A stretch of DNA of 64,000 bases, from the NCBI GenBank assembly GCA_020634975.1, contig JACKAQ010000001.1:1774857-1838856 (forward strand). The letters are read 5' to 3'. The DNA comes from Calditrichia bacterium. Its GTDB lineage: Bacteria > Calditrichota > Calditrichia > RBG-13-44-9 > J075. Below, one piece after another: positions 31,652 to 43,027 of the stretch. Position 1 is the first letter of the stretch; each line of letters starts with the position of its first letter. The notes beneath the pieces are model-generated. The model ran no database searches and was not told the origin of the DNA. It saw nothing but the letters and a program-made list of their open reading frames with translations. A program made the position numbers and the translations under genes.

Positions 31652-32634
31652 ATGAAGCATATATCAATCCTGGTTCCGAACGGGCATTTCAGCATGGTCA
31701 ATCTGGAAGGCAGCCACCAGATTTTCAATCTGGTCAACGAAATTCTCGTTGAAATGGGCCGGAAACCGCTATTCGATATAAAATTGGTCGGGATGGAAAA
31801 AAGCGTCACCCAAACCAACGGGCTGTTCAGCATCAATCCCGATTTGCTGCTCAGCGAGGTGCCGCGAACGGATCTGATCATTATTCCCGCCATTCACGGG
31901 GAATATGCGCAGGTGTTGCAGCAAAACAGCGGATTTATCCCGTGGATTGTTGAACAATACAACGGCGGCGCAGAAGTGGTCAGCTTATGTGTGAGCGCAT
32001 TTTTTCTCGCGTCCACCGGATTACTGGATGGCAAACAATGCTCAACTCACTGGCGCTATGCCAATGAATTCCGTCAGTTGTTCCCCAAAGCCATTTTGCG
32101 GACGATGACCGGATTCTCACCGAAGCAGACGGCATTTACACCAGCGGCGGGGCGTATTCGTTCACCAATTTGCTGATATATCTGGTCGAGAAATTTGCCG
32201 GTCGCGATGTTGCAGTGGTTGCTGCAAAATCGTTTATGATTGATATCGACCGAAACAGCCAATCGCCGTTCATTATGTTCAACGGGCAGAAAAAGCACAA
32301 AGATGAAGCCGTGCTGCAAGCGCAACGGCTCATCGAGCAAAATTTTCAGGATAAATTTTCAGTAGATGAACTTTCCGAACGGTTTGGCGTGGGTCGCCGG
32401 ACATTTGAGCGACGCTTCAAAAAAGCGACAGCAAATACGGTGGTCGAATACATTCAGCGGGTGAAGGTGGAAGCCGCCAAAAAGCAGTTGGAAAAAGGGC
32501 GGAAAACCATCAACGAAGTGATGTTTAATGTGGGTTACAACGACACAAAAGCGTTCCGCGAAGTGTTCAAAAAAGTTACCGGGATGTCGCCGGTGGATTA
32601 CCGGAACAAATACAACACGGAACTGCGGAATTGA
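31652..32634 (+). CDS. GlxA-family transcriptional regulator (DJ-1/PfpI domain + AraC HTH), one frameshift
   Basis: DJ-1/PfpI N-terminal domain (ISILVPNGHFSMVNLEG...VVSLCVSAFFLASTGLLDG) and a C-terminal AraC-type HTH (RTFERRFKKATANTVVEYIQRVKVEAAKKQL). The frame breaks near 32095. Confidence 0.7.
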
Positions 32635-32653
32635 TTTCCTGATGTCGGTTAAT

Positions 32654-33082
32654 TTATTCCACCGACATCGTTTCATCTGTAATTTTGAAATCGAAATTGA
32701 ATTGCAGCCGCTCTTCGCCAAACCGCACCCGAACGATGTTGGTTTGCGCCTCCTGAATGTCCGTCAGCAAGCTATTATGAATATTCAACTTGCGAACGCT
32801 GCTATTTGTCGCAATTTCCCAATTGGATTCGGTGATATCGTTGTCATATCGCCGGTTACGGAATTGCAGATCGCACGGCTCGCCATCCATTTTCAATGAA
32901 AAGTGCTGTTGCACGTATGCGTTCAGCAGGCTATCGCTGGCGGGTGATTCGTTGGGAGAATCCAGTTTTGGCGATGCGCCGGACAGCGATTTCAACGCTG
33001 TATCCAGATCATCCGTAAACATGCGGATGCGCACGGTAACGCGCTGTTCTTCCGGCAAAAAACGAATGGTGCAAATGCTCAC
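32654..33082 (-). CDS. hypothetical protein
   Basis: 142 aa ORF with protein-like composition and no motif recognised. Confidence 0.35.
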   Translation of the reverse strand: MSICTIRFLPEEQRVTVRIRMFTDDLDTALKSLSGASPKLDSPNESPASDSLLNAYVQQHFSLKMDGEPCDLQFRNRRYDNDITESNWEIATNSSVRKLNIHNSLLTDIQEAQTNIVRVRFGEERLQFNFDFKITDETMSVE

Positions 33083-33160
33083 GTAAATTTCGTGAGCATT
33101 TGCCGTTGCAAAAAAACATATCCCATCCGGTCAGTAAAACCATCCGCAACAAATTTTTCA

Positions 33161-34564
33161 TCACATCCCGTATTGGTCAATCAAATAAATCAGTGCGGCA
33201 ATTGACGCTGTGCCCAACTCCAGTTCGCGACGATTCACGCTGTCGAACGTATCGTTTGCGGAGTGGTGCACATCGAACATGCGCTGGCTGTCCGGCATAA
33301 ATCCAATCATCGGCGAGCCGTCCGCTTTGTGCAGCGGACCGATATCCACGCCGCCACCGCCTTTGTTGAAAAACGAGATGGTTTCGCGGGGGAAAAGCGG
33401 CAACCAGTTGCGCATTTTTTCCAATGAAGAATCTTCTGCGGTTACACCAAAACCGCGCGGACTGAAGCCGCCGGCGTCGCTTTCGATCAAAACGATGTGA
33501 TTTTCACCGTTTTGGACAGCCAGTTCCGCATATTTTTTGCCGCCGCGCGTGCCGTTTTCTTCGTTCATAAACATCACCGCACGGAGTGTATGGCGCGGTT
33601 TGTAACCGATTTTCTGCAACGTTCGCAGCGCGATAATGGAATGCATGCATCCGGCGCCGTCGTCGTGCGCGCCGTGCCCGACATCCCAGCTATCGAGGTG
33701 TCCGCCAACGAGGATAATTTCATCGGGATTTTCGCTGCCTTTCAGCTCGCCAATAACGTTGTGCGACGGAGCATCTTCAAACCATTTGCTGTTGATTTTC
33801 AAAAATAATTTGAGCGCAGGATTGTTTTTCAACGCATCGGTGAGTTTATCTGCGGATTGAAAACCGAGTGCCGCTGCGGGAATTTTGGGCAGCGAATCCG
33901 CATAAATCAATGTTCCGGTATGCGGTTGATCATCAAATGATGATGTAACGGAACGAATAACAATGCCCAGCGCGCCGAATTCTGCCGCACGACTGGCACC
34001 GCGTGCCCGCTGATCTACCGCTCCGCCGTATCCGGCGCCGGTGCGGATCACCCGCTGATCGAACGCACGGTTATAAAACACAATTTTTCCGGCAATTTTT
34101 TCGCGACCCAGTTCGGCAACTTCGTCCAGCGATTGCACTTCCACCACTTCCGCCAGAATACCGTCATCCGCTGTGGGAACCGATCCGCCGATCGCCAGCA
34201 CGTTCAAATCAACGCGATTGCCAGATTTCGGGACAATTTGCGCGATCTCTTTTGCACCGCGTTCCCAGTGCGGCACCATCACGCTTTGCAAAAAAACGTT
34301 GTCGAACGGAAAACTTTCCATCACCTGCCGTGTCCACTGCACTGCTTTTGCGGCGTTTTCGGAGCCACTCAACCGTGGTCCGATAGTGTTGCACAAATAA
34401 TCCAGCAATTGGTAGGTTTCGCCACTTTGCAGGGCTTCATCAAAAATGGCTTTCACCATTTTTTCATCCTTGTTTTCTTCTGTTTCCATTTGGGCAAAAC
34501 CGGTAGCGGGCAATCCCCAAATCAGCAAACAGCACAAACTCAGGATTTTTAGACAACGATTCAT
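33161..34564 (-). CDS. M28-family zinc aminopeptidase with PA domain, secreted
   Basis: Signal peptide (MNRCLKILSLCCLLIWGLPATGFA), M28 metal-binding motifs (GGHLDSWDVGHGAHDDGAG...NEENG) and an inserted PA-like region. Confidence 0.8.
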   Translation of the reverse strand: MNRCLKILSLCCLLIWGLPATGFAQMETEENKDEKMVKAIFDEALQSGETYQLLDYLCNTIGPRLSGSENAAKAVQWTRQVMESFPFDNVFLQSVMVPHWERGAKEIAQIVPKSGNRVDLNVLAIGGSVPTADDGILAEVVEVQSLDEVAELGREKIAGKIVFYNRAFDQRVIRTGAGYGGAVDQRARGASRAAEFGALGIVIRSVTSSFDDQPHTGTLIYADSLPKIPAAALGFQSADKLTDALKNNPALKLFLKINSKWFEDAPSHNVIGELKGSENPDEIILVGGHLDSWDVGHGAHDDGAGCMHSIIALRTLQKIGYKPRHTLRAVMFMNEENGTRGGKKYAELAVQNGENHIVLIESDAGGFSPRGFGVTAEDSSLEKMRNWLPLFPRETISFFNKGGGGVDIGPLHKADGSPMIGFMPDSQRMFDVHHSANDTFDSVNRRELELGTASIAALIYLIDQYGM

Positions 34565-34787
34565 CGTGCGTCCTCTTTTCTTGTGAGTGATCTTTTTTTC
34601 GCGATATTCGCATGTCTGTTGCAATCAACAGCATAAAATTTGCGCAAAGCATTCGCGTTTCGCGTTTCATTGCTCGATTTCCAAAACAGTCCTTATTCTA
34701 ACTGTTTTCCGCAAATTTTGCAAAAAATAAATCGTCTATTTGAAAAAGAGGTTGGCGATGGTAAACAGCAGCGATTTTGGATGATAC

Positions 34788-37284
34788 CTATTTACTATCA
34801 TGAAATCTGCTAATAATCCGGAACAACTCTTTCGTATCGATCGGTTTGGAAATGTATTCATCCATTCCGGCTTGCATGCATTTTTCGCGATCGCCCTGCA
34901 TGGCGTTTGCCGTTAGTGCGATAATTGGCACATGTGTGCCGGAATTCAGCTCCCGCTGGCGGATTTCGCGGGTGGCGGTCAGACCATCCATCCGGGGCAT
35001 TTGCATGTCCATCAACACAATATCAAACCGAACAGATTCGTGAGCGGCGATGCCTTCCAAACCGTCGTTGGCAACGGTAATTTCGTATCCTTTTTTCTCG
35101 AGCAGCCGCCGGATTAATTTTTGGTTTACCGGGTTATCTTCGACAATCAAAACACGACGACCGTCACCGTTAACATTTTCGTCCTCTGCTTCGTTTTTGA
35201 TATCACAACGGCGCAGTAACTTTCTGTTTTCGTTGACTTTAGGCTGCTCATACAAAAACAGCAGCAACTCGGTAATCCGCACCGCGGAAATCGGTTTTTG
35301 ATAAACACCAGCCGGTCCGACAACGATTCCAGCAATTCCTGATTTCGCCCGTGATGGTGATATTGCATGACAATCACCGGTAAATTGGCGCTGATTATTT
35401 TCTGAATAAAATGGCTGCGGCTTCCTGCTCATTTTGGATGAGATCGGAATCGAGAATGATGGCCGGTATAGCCATCGAAATTTCCGGAAACCAGTGTTCG
35501 CTAACGGAATGAATATCAGAAAATGTCCACACTCTCCGGCAAATACCAGAAAGCGATTTCTCATAATAGCGGGCTGTCGATGCGGATTTTGTGATCACCA
35601 CAACGGAAACATTTCCCAGTTTGTCCAATGGCAATTTCAGGAAATTTGCCGGTGTCGGCGTATCCAGTTTTACTGTAAACCAGAATTCCGACCCTTTGCC
35701 CACTTCGCTGTTAACACCAATTTCGCCGCCCATCAGAAACGCCAGTTCGCGGGAGATGCTCAACCCCAAACCGGTGCCGCCGTAAATGCGCGTGATGGAG
35801 CCGTCCGCCTGCGAAAAGCTCTGGAATATCAAATCTTTTTTTTCCGGCGGAATACCGACGCCGGTATCTTTTATCGAAAATCGAATGGTGGCGGGGCCGT
35901 TTTCCGGGCGATCGAGCAGCTCGGCACGAAGGCGAATTTCACCATTCGAGGTAAATTTTGCGGCATTGCTCAACAAATTGAGCATTATCTGGCGAATTCT
36001 GGTGGGATCACCAAGGTAGGCGCCATACAATCCCGGATCGATCTCCAATACAAAATCGAGCTTTTTTTGCTGAATTTGCAGCGCAATTATCGCAGCCGTT
36101 TGTTCCGTCAGTTCGCCGGTACAGAAGGGTAGTTGTTCGAGGGTCAATTTTCCGGCCTCTATTTTTGAAAAATCCAGAATATCGTTTACCAGGTTCAACA
36201 ACGATTTCGCGCTGGAGAAAATCGTTTCTGCATAATCGTGCTGTTCCGGCGTTAAGTTTGTTTTCAGCAAAAGTTCGTTCATCCCCAAAACGCCGTTTAT
36301 CGGCGTGCGAATTTCGTGGCTCATATTTGCCAAAAATTCACTTTTCATCAGGGTAGATTCTTCCGCCATTTTGCGGGCTTTGTTCAACGCATCCACGGTT
36401 TCTTGCAGGCGCGTTTTTTGGGTTTCCAGCTCCCGGGTACGCTCCTTTACTTTGTAACGGAGCAACATTCCCCAAAACGATACGATCAGCAAACAACCAA
36501 CGATTCCCAACACCAGATAATATTTGATATCGCTGGATAACCCGCTGATTTCAATATCTTTCGGCGACCGGGGATAAATCTGGTAATTGCCGTCGTACGG
36601 TTCGGTGCGATCGTATTGCCCCAAAATGCCGGTTACAGCTATTAGATCGCCGGGTTCAAAACGGGTGAATTCCAGATCGTCCTGCTGCGTTTTTTGGCGA
36701 AATGCCAATATCACTTCCCGGCTTTGCAAATGGAGCATCAGATATTCGCCGGTTTCGATTTTTTCATATTTGAGCAGGCGGGCTTCAAATTGAACCAGTT
36801 GGCCTTCGAATGATTCCATATTTGCGAGGGTTAACTCAACCTCAACGGGATCGGGCGGTTTTGAATCACCGCGATACTGGATAATCTGCTCTGCATCAAT
36901 ATGGGCTAAGCCATTGTTTTGACCGATTTTACCAGCGACGAGTACACTGTCGCCAACTTGCAAATTTCGACTGATGGTTTTGGAAATCACCTGAATGCCT
37001 GCGGTGCCATCCTGAATAAAAATTCGCAATTCGCTCGGGTGAAACACACCTGCCGCCACAGTAACACGACCGGAAATGGTTACTTTTTGACCGATTTTAT
37101 CCGGTAAACCATCGAAATTTTTATCGATCCGGGCTTGCTCAATCGTCATTTTTATCGGCAGCCCGGACGCCGGGTTCATCACAGACGGTTTTGAGCCCCC
37201 CCAAACACTGAGAAAAATGAGAATGATTAATATTCGATAATACTTATTTTCACCCATGAATCGCCCAAATTCCCTTTGAAACAT
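34788..37284 (-). CDS. hybrid sensor histidine kinase with periplasmic OB-fold-like sensor domain and two receiver domains (two frameshifts)
   Basis: N-terminal signal/TM, a periplasmic domain of about 230 aa, a TM helix, a HisKA H-box (MSHEIRTPING), HATPase_c (DTGVGIP...GGTGLGL), a first REC-like domain (PAIILDSDL...) and a second canonical REC (RVLIVEDNP...DIVLMDMQMPRMDG...KPI). The frame changes at two A-runs near 35395 and near 35290. Confidence 0.7.
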
Positions 37285-37585
37285 AGCTTTTCCGCTACAC
37301 TATTTTCGACGGAACCATTGCATACTTTACGCCCTATATTTTTAATACTATTTTAGCAGGGCTAGATTGTTAGCAACCTATATTTCGCAATAATGAAACT
37401 TACCCCGTTTCAATTTATTACTTCCAACAACAAAACTCAAACCCATATTAATCAACAGCTTAACAGCAAATAAAATCGACCGCTCATCACCAGATTTGAG
37501 CCGCTACCGACAGATATTTTTTTATAGAAATTGTGGTTGGTGTGATATAAAAAAGTGAATCGCAAAATAACCGGAGTATGCTAAA

Positions 37586-38314
37586 TTATCGCTGAATCAG
37601 CCATTTTATTAGCGGAAAGTTCAACTTTACAACATCATTTTGGACAAAAAATTTCAGCAAGTCTGCGGCGCGTCCAATCACGTTACTGTGCAGCACTTCC
37701 TCCAAAAAATTGACCAGTTTATCTGTCAGCGCCATGCTTTTCTCGAAATTTTGGCTGTCATCGGAAAGCCAGAATTTCAACAGATGAATGTATTCTTTCG
37801 CCAAAACATCATACATTTGGGCATTGAGCAAAAAAGAGCGCTGCAGATCGGGAATTTGCGGATCGCTTTCCAAAATTTCGCCAATGACATCGGCAACTTC
37901 GCGATGAAACGCCGTCCCGGTATTTTGGAAAACCATTTCCCCGAACGTTTCGTCCACAAATTCGCGCTGTTCCTGTAGCAGATCGAACATCATGTAAATA
38001 AAATTGCCCAGCTTTTCAGCCAAACTCATGCTGTGGTAAGCTTCAATTTGCAGCGACATTTCCCGGCAGCGCTGCACGCACAGCGGGTAAAATTGTCCGA
38101 GCACCTGATTTTTGCTGTTGAATTGCTGATAAAATTCACCCTGTTTGATTTTCGCCTTCTGGCAAAGCTGTTTCAGCGTAAAGTTGCCGCCAGTGGTGAT
38201 GTGCAAATCGATTGCCGCATCAATGATCTGCTGACGAATTTCCAGGTTTTCCCGCATGCTATATCCTTTATTTACAACTACCGATGATTGTTTGTTGATA
38301 TTTGCGATATTCAC
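37586..38314 (-). CDS. TetR/AcrR-family transcriptional regulator
   Basis: N-terminal TetR HTH (IIDAAIDLHITTGGNFTLKQLCQKAKIKQGEFYQQF) and an all-helical C-terminal domain. Start is at 38257 or 38314. Confidence 0.7.
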   Translation of the reverse strand: MNIANINKQSSVVVNKGYSMRENLEIRQQIIDAAIDLHITTGGNFTLKQLCQKAKIKQGEFYQQFNSKNQVLGQFYPLCVQRCREMSLQIEAYHSMSLAEKLGNFIYMMFDLLQEQREFVDETFGEMVFQNTGTAFHREVADVIGEILESDPQIPDLQRSFLLNAQMYDVLAKEYIHLLKFWLSDDSQNFEKSMALTDKLVNFLEEVLHSNVIGRAADLLKFFVQNDVVKLNFPLIKWLIQR

Positions 38315-38703
38315 AAATTAGTTCAGCTTATTAAATTGTGAAAAGCGTGTCAAGGAAGTTATTTTTTTCGCTCGAAAGCAACCATTTAATCACCGAAAAT
38401 TACCGCCGGAACGTAACACAATTTTCTACCGTACCGGGAAACACGCTTCCCAACTGTGGAAAAACGTTTCCTCACATCATCATTTTTGAACAAAAGAGTA
38501 AGCATTTAAACTATTATAAATAATCGACATAGTATGTTTTTGTGATCAAGTTTATTTGCAATGGTACCTTTTTTGTAAATTTTGTTCGCAAGGAAGAGGT
38601 ATTGAGTCGGCGAAGTTTTTTTTCGCCGTTGCCGCAGAGACACATCTAAGCCGCCTGGGCTTTGCTGAGCTCCATTTCAAAAAAGTAGCTTTAACGTACC
38701 TGA

Positions 38704-39900
38704 TTGCCAACAAAACTGGAGATTTGTTGGTTGACAGGCAAAACAGGCCAATTTATGATGCAGCGCTACTTGAACGACTCGGGCTTTCAGCGAGGTTCGT
38801 GGCAATACCGGGAAAAAATTCTGCTTTCCGGCGTGCTGATGAGTCTTCTGTTGCTGAACAGCCGTTACATCCATCACGGACATGCGTCCGCAACGCTAAA
38901 ACCGGTCACCATTTTTGTCTGGCTGATTGTCGCTACCGGATTTGCTTTGCTGATGTTTCCTGTCGTTATCTGGCTATGCCAACGGTTTCCGCTGGCGCAG
39001 GCACCGGTGAAACACGGGCTGGTCCATTTGGGAATAACCATCGGTGTTGCGATTGCACACCTATTTGTTTTTCGTGATGTTACGTGGCTGATCTGCTCGT
39101 ATTGCCCTGATGCATTTCCAAATGTTTATGCTGCTATCGGAAGCTTTTTTTCAAACCAGATGTTGCCGGCATTGTGTATTTATCCAACGATGCTTGGCAG
39201 CCATTACGCAGTGCTGTTTTGGCACAGCTCCCGCGAACGCGATCGCCAAACCCGGCGGTTGCAGGATGCTCTGCAACGGGCAGAATTGCGCTCGTTGAAT
39301 GCCCAGATCAACCCGCATTTTTTGTTCAATGCGTTGCAGATGATCAGCGCGCTGGTGCACAACGACGCCAACCGTGCAGATCAGGCGATTGTTCAGCTCA
39401 GCAATTTGCTGCGGCTTACCCTTCGCCAAACGGATGTGGAAGTGATCGCGCTGGAACAGGAGCTTGCGATGCTGAAATTGTATCTGGACATCATGCAAAC
39501 TCGTTTTGAGAACACGCTGCAAATTACATTTGACATCGAACCCAAAACGCTGAACGCAGAAGTGCCTTATTTGCTGATGCAGCCATTGGTCGAAAACGCG
39601 ATTGAATACGGCGCAAATCCGGTTGACGATAGCCGGAACATACGCATCAGCGCAGCTATTTCCGGCAGAAAATTACAGTTGGATATCGCCGATAACGGCA
39701 GAGGCTTTTCGTTGGAAGAAGCAAACTGGCAAGATGCCGGCGTTGGTATCTCCAATACTATCAAACGGTTAGAGCAATTATACGGCACCCGTCACCAATT
39801 CCGGATTTCTGACGGGATAGCTGGCGGCGCCAATGTAACAATTTTGATTCCTTTTCGTATTCATAAAGATGCCGCCGCAGTAAACCCTTCAAAGGAGTGA
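38704..39900 (+). CDS. LytS/YehU-type sensor histidine kinase
   Basis: Six TM helices followed by the His_kinase internal region (INPHFLFNALQMISALV) and HATPase_c (LLMQPLVENAIEYG...DNGRGF). Confidence 0.8.
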   Translation: MPTKLEICWLTGKTGQFMMQRYLNDSGFQRGSWQYREKILLSGVLMSLLLLNSRYIHHGHASATLKPVTIFVWLIVATGFALLMFPVVIWLCQRFPLAQAPVKHGLVHLGITIGVAIAHLFVFRDVTWLICSYCPDAFPNVYAAIGSFFSNQMLPALCIYPTMLGSHYAVLFWHSSRERDRQTRRLQDALQRAELRSLNAQINPHFLFNALQMISALVHNDANRADQAIVQLSNLLRLTLRQTDVEVIALEQELAMLKLYLDIMQTRFENTLQITFDIEPKTLNAEVPYLLMQPLVENAIEYGANPVDDSRNIRISAAISGRKLQLDIADNGRGFSLEEANWQDAGVGISNTIKRLEQLYGTRHQFRISDGIAGGANVTILIPFRIHKDAAAVNPSKE

Positions 39901-39904
39901 AAAA

Positions 39905-40678
39905 ATGAAGTACATTCGAACGTTAATCGTCGATGATGAACCGCTGGCACGCGAAAAACTGCGCCATTTACTGGACGCAGAAAACGATGTGCAAGTGGTC
40001 GCCGAATGCGATAATGGCGAAAAAGCGCTCGCAATGGTTCGCGTAACCGCACCGGAAATCGTATTTCTGGATATTAATTTGCCCGGAATGATGGGCACGG
40101 AAATCGCGGATACACTCAACCAGCTCGTCAAACCGCCGGCGGTGGTTTTTGTTTCGGCACACAATCAATTTGCGATGAAAGCCTTCGAACTGAACGTGCT
40201 CGATTACCTGCTGAAGCCGTTTGATCCGGCGCGACTCAAAAAAGCCATTCAAAAATACCGCGATTTACACCAGACAGAAACGCCGGAAGCGCTGGATTCG
40301 CACCTGCAAAGCCTGCTTTCCCAGCTCACTCGTCGCCCGCGATACATGGAGCGCGTGCTCATCCGCAGCGGCGATGATATTTTGATCATGAAAACAGATG
40401 ATATCGATTGGATTGAAGCGGCGGGAAACTACGTCTATCTGCACACCGGCAAAAAATCGCGTTTGCTACGCGAAACGATGAACAATTTGCAGGAAAAACT
40501 CGATCCGGATAAATTTATCCGCATCCATCGCTCCTGCATCGTGAATATCGAGCGGATTCGCAAAATGCAGCCGTCATCGCATGGGGAATTGATCATCGTG
40601 ATGAGCGACAACACCGAGCTGACCCTCACACGAACATACCGGGACAACCTCATCGGGCGATTCGAAATCCCGGCTTAG
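39905..40678 (+). CDS. LytTR-family response regulator
   Basis: REC domain (LIVDDEPLAR...IVFLDINLPGMMG) and a C-terminal LytTR DNA-binding domain (FIRIHRSCIVNIERI). It starts 4 bp after the kinase stop. Confidence 0.85.
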   Translation: MKYIRTLIVDDEPLAREKLRHLLDAENDVQVVAECDNGEKALAMVRVTAPEIVFLDINLPGMMGTEIADTLNQLVKPPAVVFVSAHNQFAMKAFELNVLDYLLKPFDPARLKKAIQKYRDLHQTETPEALDSHLQSLLSQLTRRPRYMERVLIRSGDDILIMKTDDIDWIEAAGNYVYLHTGKKSRLLRETMNNLQEKLDPDKFIRIHRSCIVNIERIRKMQPSSHGELIIVMSDNTELTLTRTYRDNLIGRFEIPA

Positions 40679-40684
40679 CAGCTA

Positions 40685-43027
40685 CTAAGCATCAACTTTG
40701 TAATCGACTTGCGGGGCTTCCTGCAGTGCCACCAAACCGCTGTCGATGTGATGATTCAGCGTGCTGACCACTTCATCTTTCGCGGAAAAATAGAGGATTT
40801 GCCAACCTTGTTTGGAAATTTCCACCAGCATATCCAATTGCTGCCGCAACCGTTTGGAATCGGATTTGAGAAACGGGTCATCGAGAATAAAAAAGCCCTT
40901 TTCCGATTGTAGCAACCGTTCGCCAAGCGCGATCCGCACGGCAAAATAAAGCTGGTCATACGCACCGCTTGATAGCCACGAGGGCAGCAATTTTTTGCCG
41001 TCGCTGCGCTGAATGCGAATGCCACTTTCATCTGCATCGTAATGCACAACCGGATAAAGCGCATCGGTTATTTCGCTGTAAATATTAGAGATACGACTAC
41101 CTTCTCCAAACAATTCGCGAATTTTTTCGCGCTCTTCCCGTTCGATTTCTTCAAAAATATTGATGGATGTCCGCACGTTGTGCTGACGCATTTCCGTATC
41201 GCTAATGAACTGTTTGAGCATGTGATCCAGCTGCTTCAGATCGCTGAGTGTACGGCTGGGAAAGCGGTCTTCTTCCGGCAATACAACCTCGTACGCCCGA
41301 CGTTCGATATCACCGAGGCGGGTGCGAAATTCATGCAATTGCTGCTGCAACATCTGAATTTCCGACAGCAAATCATCCCGTTCATCGGTTGCCTGTGCCA
41401 GCGTTTTTTCCTCGAATGCAATGTTCGCTGCTTCGGATTGGTAGCTTCGCAAATCGTAAACCGATGATTCCCACTGCTGCAATTGCTCCGTCAAATCGCC
41501 GGATGCCGGACCAAAAAAGCTGGTGAGAACCGTGACAGACTCGTTGATTTTTTGCTCCACCCGCTGGCGCTCTTTCAGCTTGCGCTGGTATTCCGCCGGC
41601 GTGTCCATTTTGCTGGATTGATGAATTTTTTTGATGCTGTTTTGCGCTTCGGAAATACGTGCCTGTAATCCTTCGATGCGCTCATCGCGCAAATTTGCGT
41701 AGGTTTTCTCTAGAAACTGAACGCGGCTCTCTGCTTCATTAATTTGCTTTTGTTGTCGCTGATAGGTTTCTTCCAGCCGCAAAATCTGCTCCTGTATCTG
41801 CGATAGATTCTCGCCAGGAAGGTTGATTTCTTCAGCCATCAGCAAGGCATCCGACACCCGTAACTGATGTTCGCCGGTGGGGCTGATAAACCGGAAATAG
41901 TAAAAAAGCGACATCAAAAAAGTGCCGGTTGCAGACGATGCCGCCGCAACCAAAATGCCCGTATTTCCCGGCTGCCACATCACTCCCGCCAGCGAAATTA
42001 GCGCCACCAGTAAAAACACGGCTATCGCCGTAGTGAAGAACGGTTTGCTCGCCATAAACTTGGCGTTGTCTTTACGGTATTCGTTCATTTGCTGCATGAG
42101 CGGGCGGAGCCGGTTATCTACCGCAAACTTCCGTTGGCGAACCACCTCAAACGTATTGCGTTGTTCGAGTAATTTGCGCTGCTCTTCCGCAAGCTCATTT
42201 TCGATGGACTGGCTTTGCCGGATGCTGGCGTTCAATTCGGCTTCTTTTTCGCGAACCACATTTTCCATCTGCTGCCATTGCAGATAAATTTCGTCGTTAA
42301 GTTCTGGAAAAACATTGAGTTGTTGCTGGAGATTGTAAATCAGGTCGAGATGACGCCGCCCGTTTTCATAGCGCTCCCGCTGGCGGGCTTTGCCCAATCC
42401 GCTGATGCGCTCTTCGGCGCTTCGCAGCCGTTGCTGGATTTCCACCAGATTTTCTTCCACAATATCGTAGCCATCGGACGCAGCTTCGTGATAGAGCAAT
42501 TCGCACTCATCCACCAATTCCCGCGCTGCCAGCAATCGCTTTTTGAGATAGTGGCTTTCGCGAGTATTCACCACTTCCATCGTTGGCGTAAAATCACCGA
42601 TTTCCCGCAATTTGTCGATCACTTTTTGCACCGATCCGGTTCGCAAACCGGTCAGGCGTTCGGAAATGGCGTCGTAAAATTCGCTTTCGCGGGAGATCGT
42701 CAAATCGCTGTTGCGAATGATGAACAGGTTGCGATATTCCTCCGCAGTAACGTTCATGATGCTGGAAATATCACCGGCTTCCGGCAGCATAAACGTTTCG
42801 CCGGACTGATTTTCAAGTTGCAAATACCCTTCCGGCCGGTGCGAAACCCGGTCGATGCCCGGGAAAATTTTTGCGCGTTTGCCGAGCAGGAAATTGACCA
42901 TCGCTTCGAGAGTGAGGGTTTTTCCGTCTTCGTTATTGCCATAAAAAAGGTTGAAGTTTTCCAGTTTGACCACGCCGCTTTCGCCCAACGGGCCATAGCG
43001 ATGGACTCGGAACTCCTTTATTCTCAT
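40685..43027 (-). CDS. YhaN-like SbcC/SMC-type ATPase with central transmembrane hairpin
   Basis: N-terminal Walker A (GNNEDGKT) in an AAA_23-like head, long coiled coils, two adjacent hydrophobic helices mid-protein (FFTTAIAVFLLVALISLAGV, ILVAAASSATGTFLMSLFYYF), a C-terminal signature-like motif (SSGAYDQLYFAVRIAL) and Walker B/D-loop (FFILDDPF). Confidence 0.7.
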   Translation of the reverse strand: MRIKEFRVHRYGPLGESGVVKLENFNLFYGNNEDGKTLTLEAMVNFLLGKRAKIFPGIDRVSHRPEGYLQLENQSGETFMLPEAGDISSIMNVTAEEYRNLFIIRNSDLTISRESEFYDAISERLTGLRTGSVQKVIDKLREIGDFTPTMEVVNTRESHYLKKRLLAARELVDECELLYHEAASDGYDIVEENLVEIQQRLRSAEERISGLGKARQRERYENGRRHLDLIYNLQQQLNVFPELNDEIYLQWQQMENVVREKEAELNASIRQSQSIENELAEEQRKLLEQRNTFEVVRQRKFAVDNRLRPLMQQMNEYRKDNAKFMASKPFFTTAIAVFLLVALISLAGVMWQPGNTGILVAAASSATGTFLMSLFYYFRFISPTGEHQLRVSDALLMAEEINLPGENLSQIQEQILRLEETYQRQQKQINEAESRVQFLEKTYANLRDERIEGLQARISEAQNSIKKIHQSSKMDTPAEYQRKLKERQRVEQKINESVTVLTSFFGPASGDLTEQLQQWESSVYDLRSYQSEAANIAFEEKTLAQATDERDDLLSEIQMLQQQLHEFRTRLGDIERRAYEVVLPEEDRFPSRTLSDLKQLDHMLKQFISDTEMRQHNVRTSINIFEEIEREEREKIRELFGEGSRISNIYSEITDALYPVVHYDADESGIRIQRSDGKKLLPSWLSSGAYDQLYFAVRIALGERLLQSEKGFFILDDPFLKSDSKRLRQQLDMLVEISKQGWQILYFSAKDEVVSTLNHHIDSGLVALQEAPQVDYKVDA

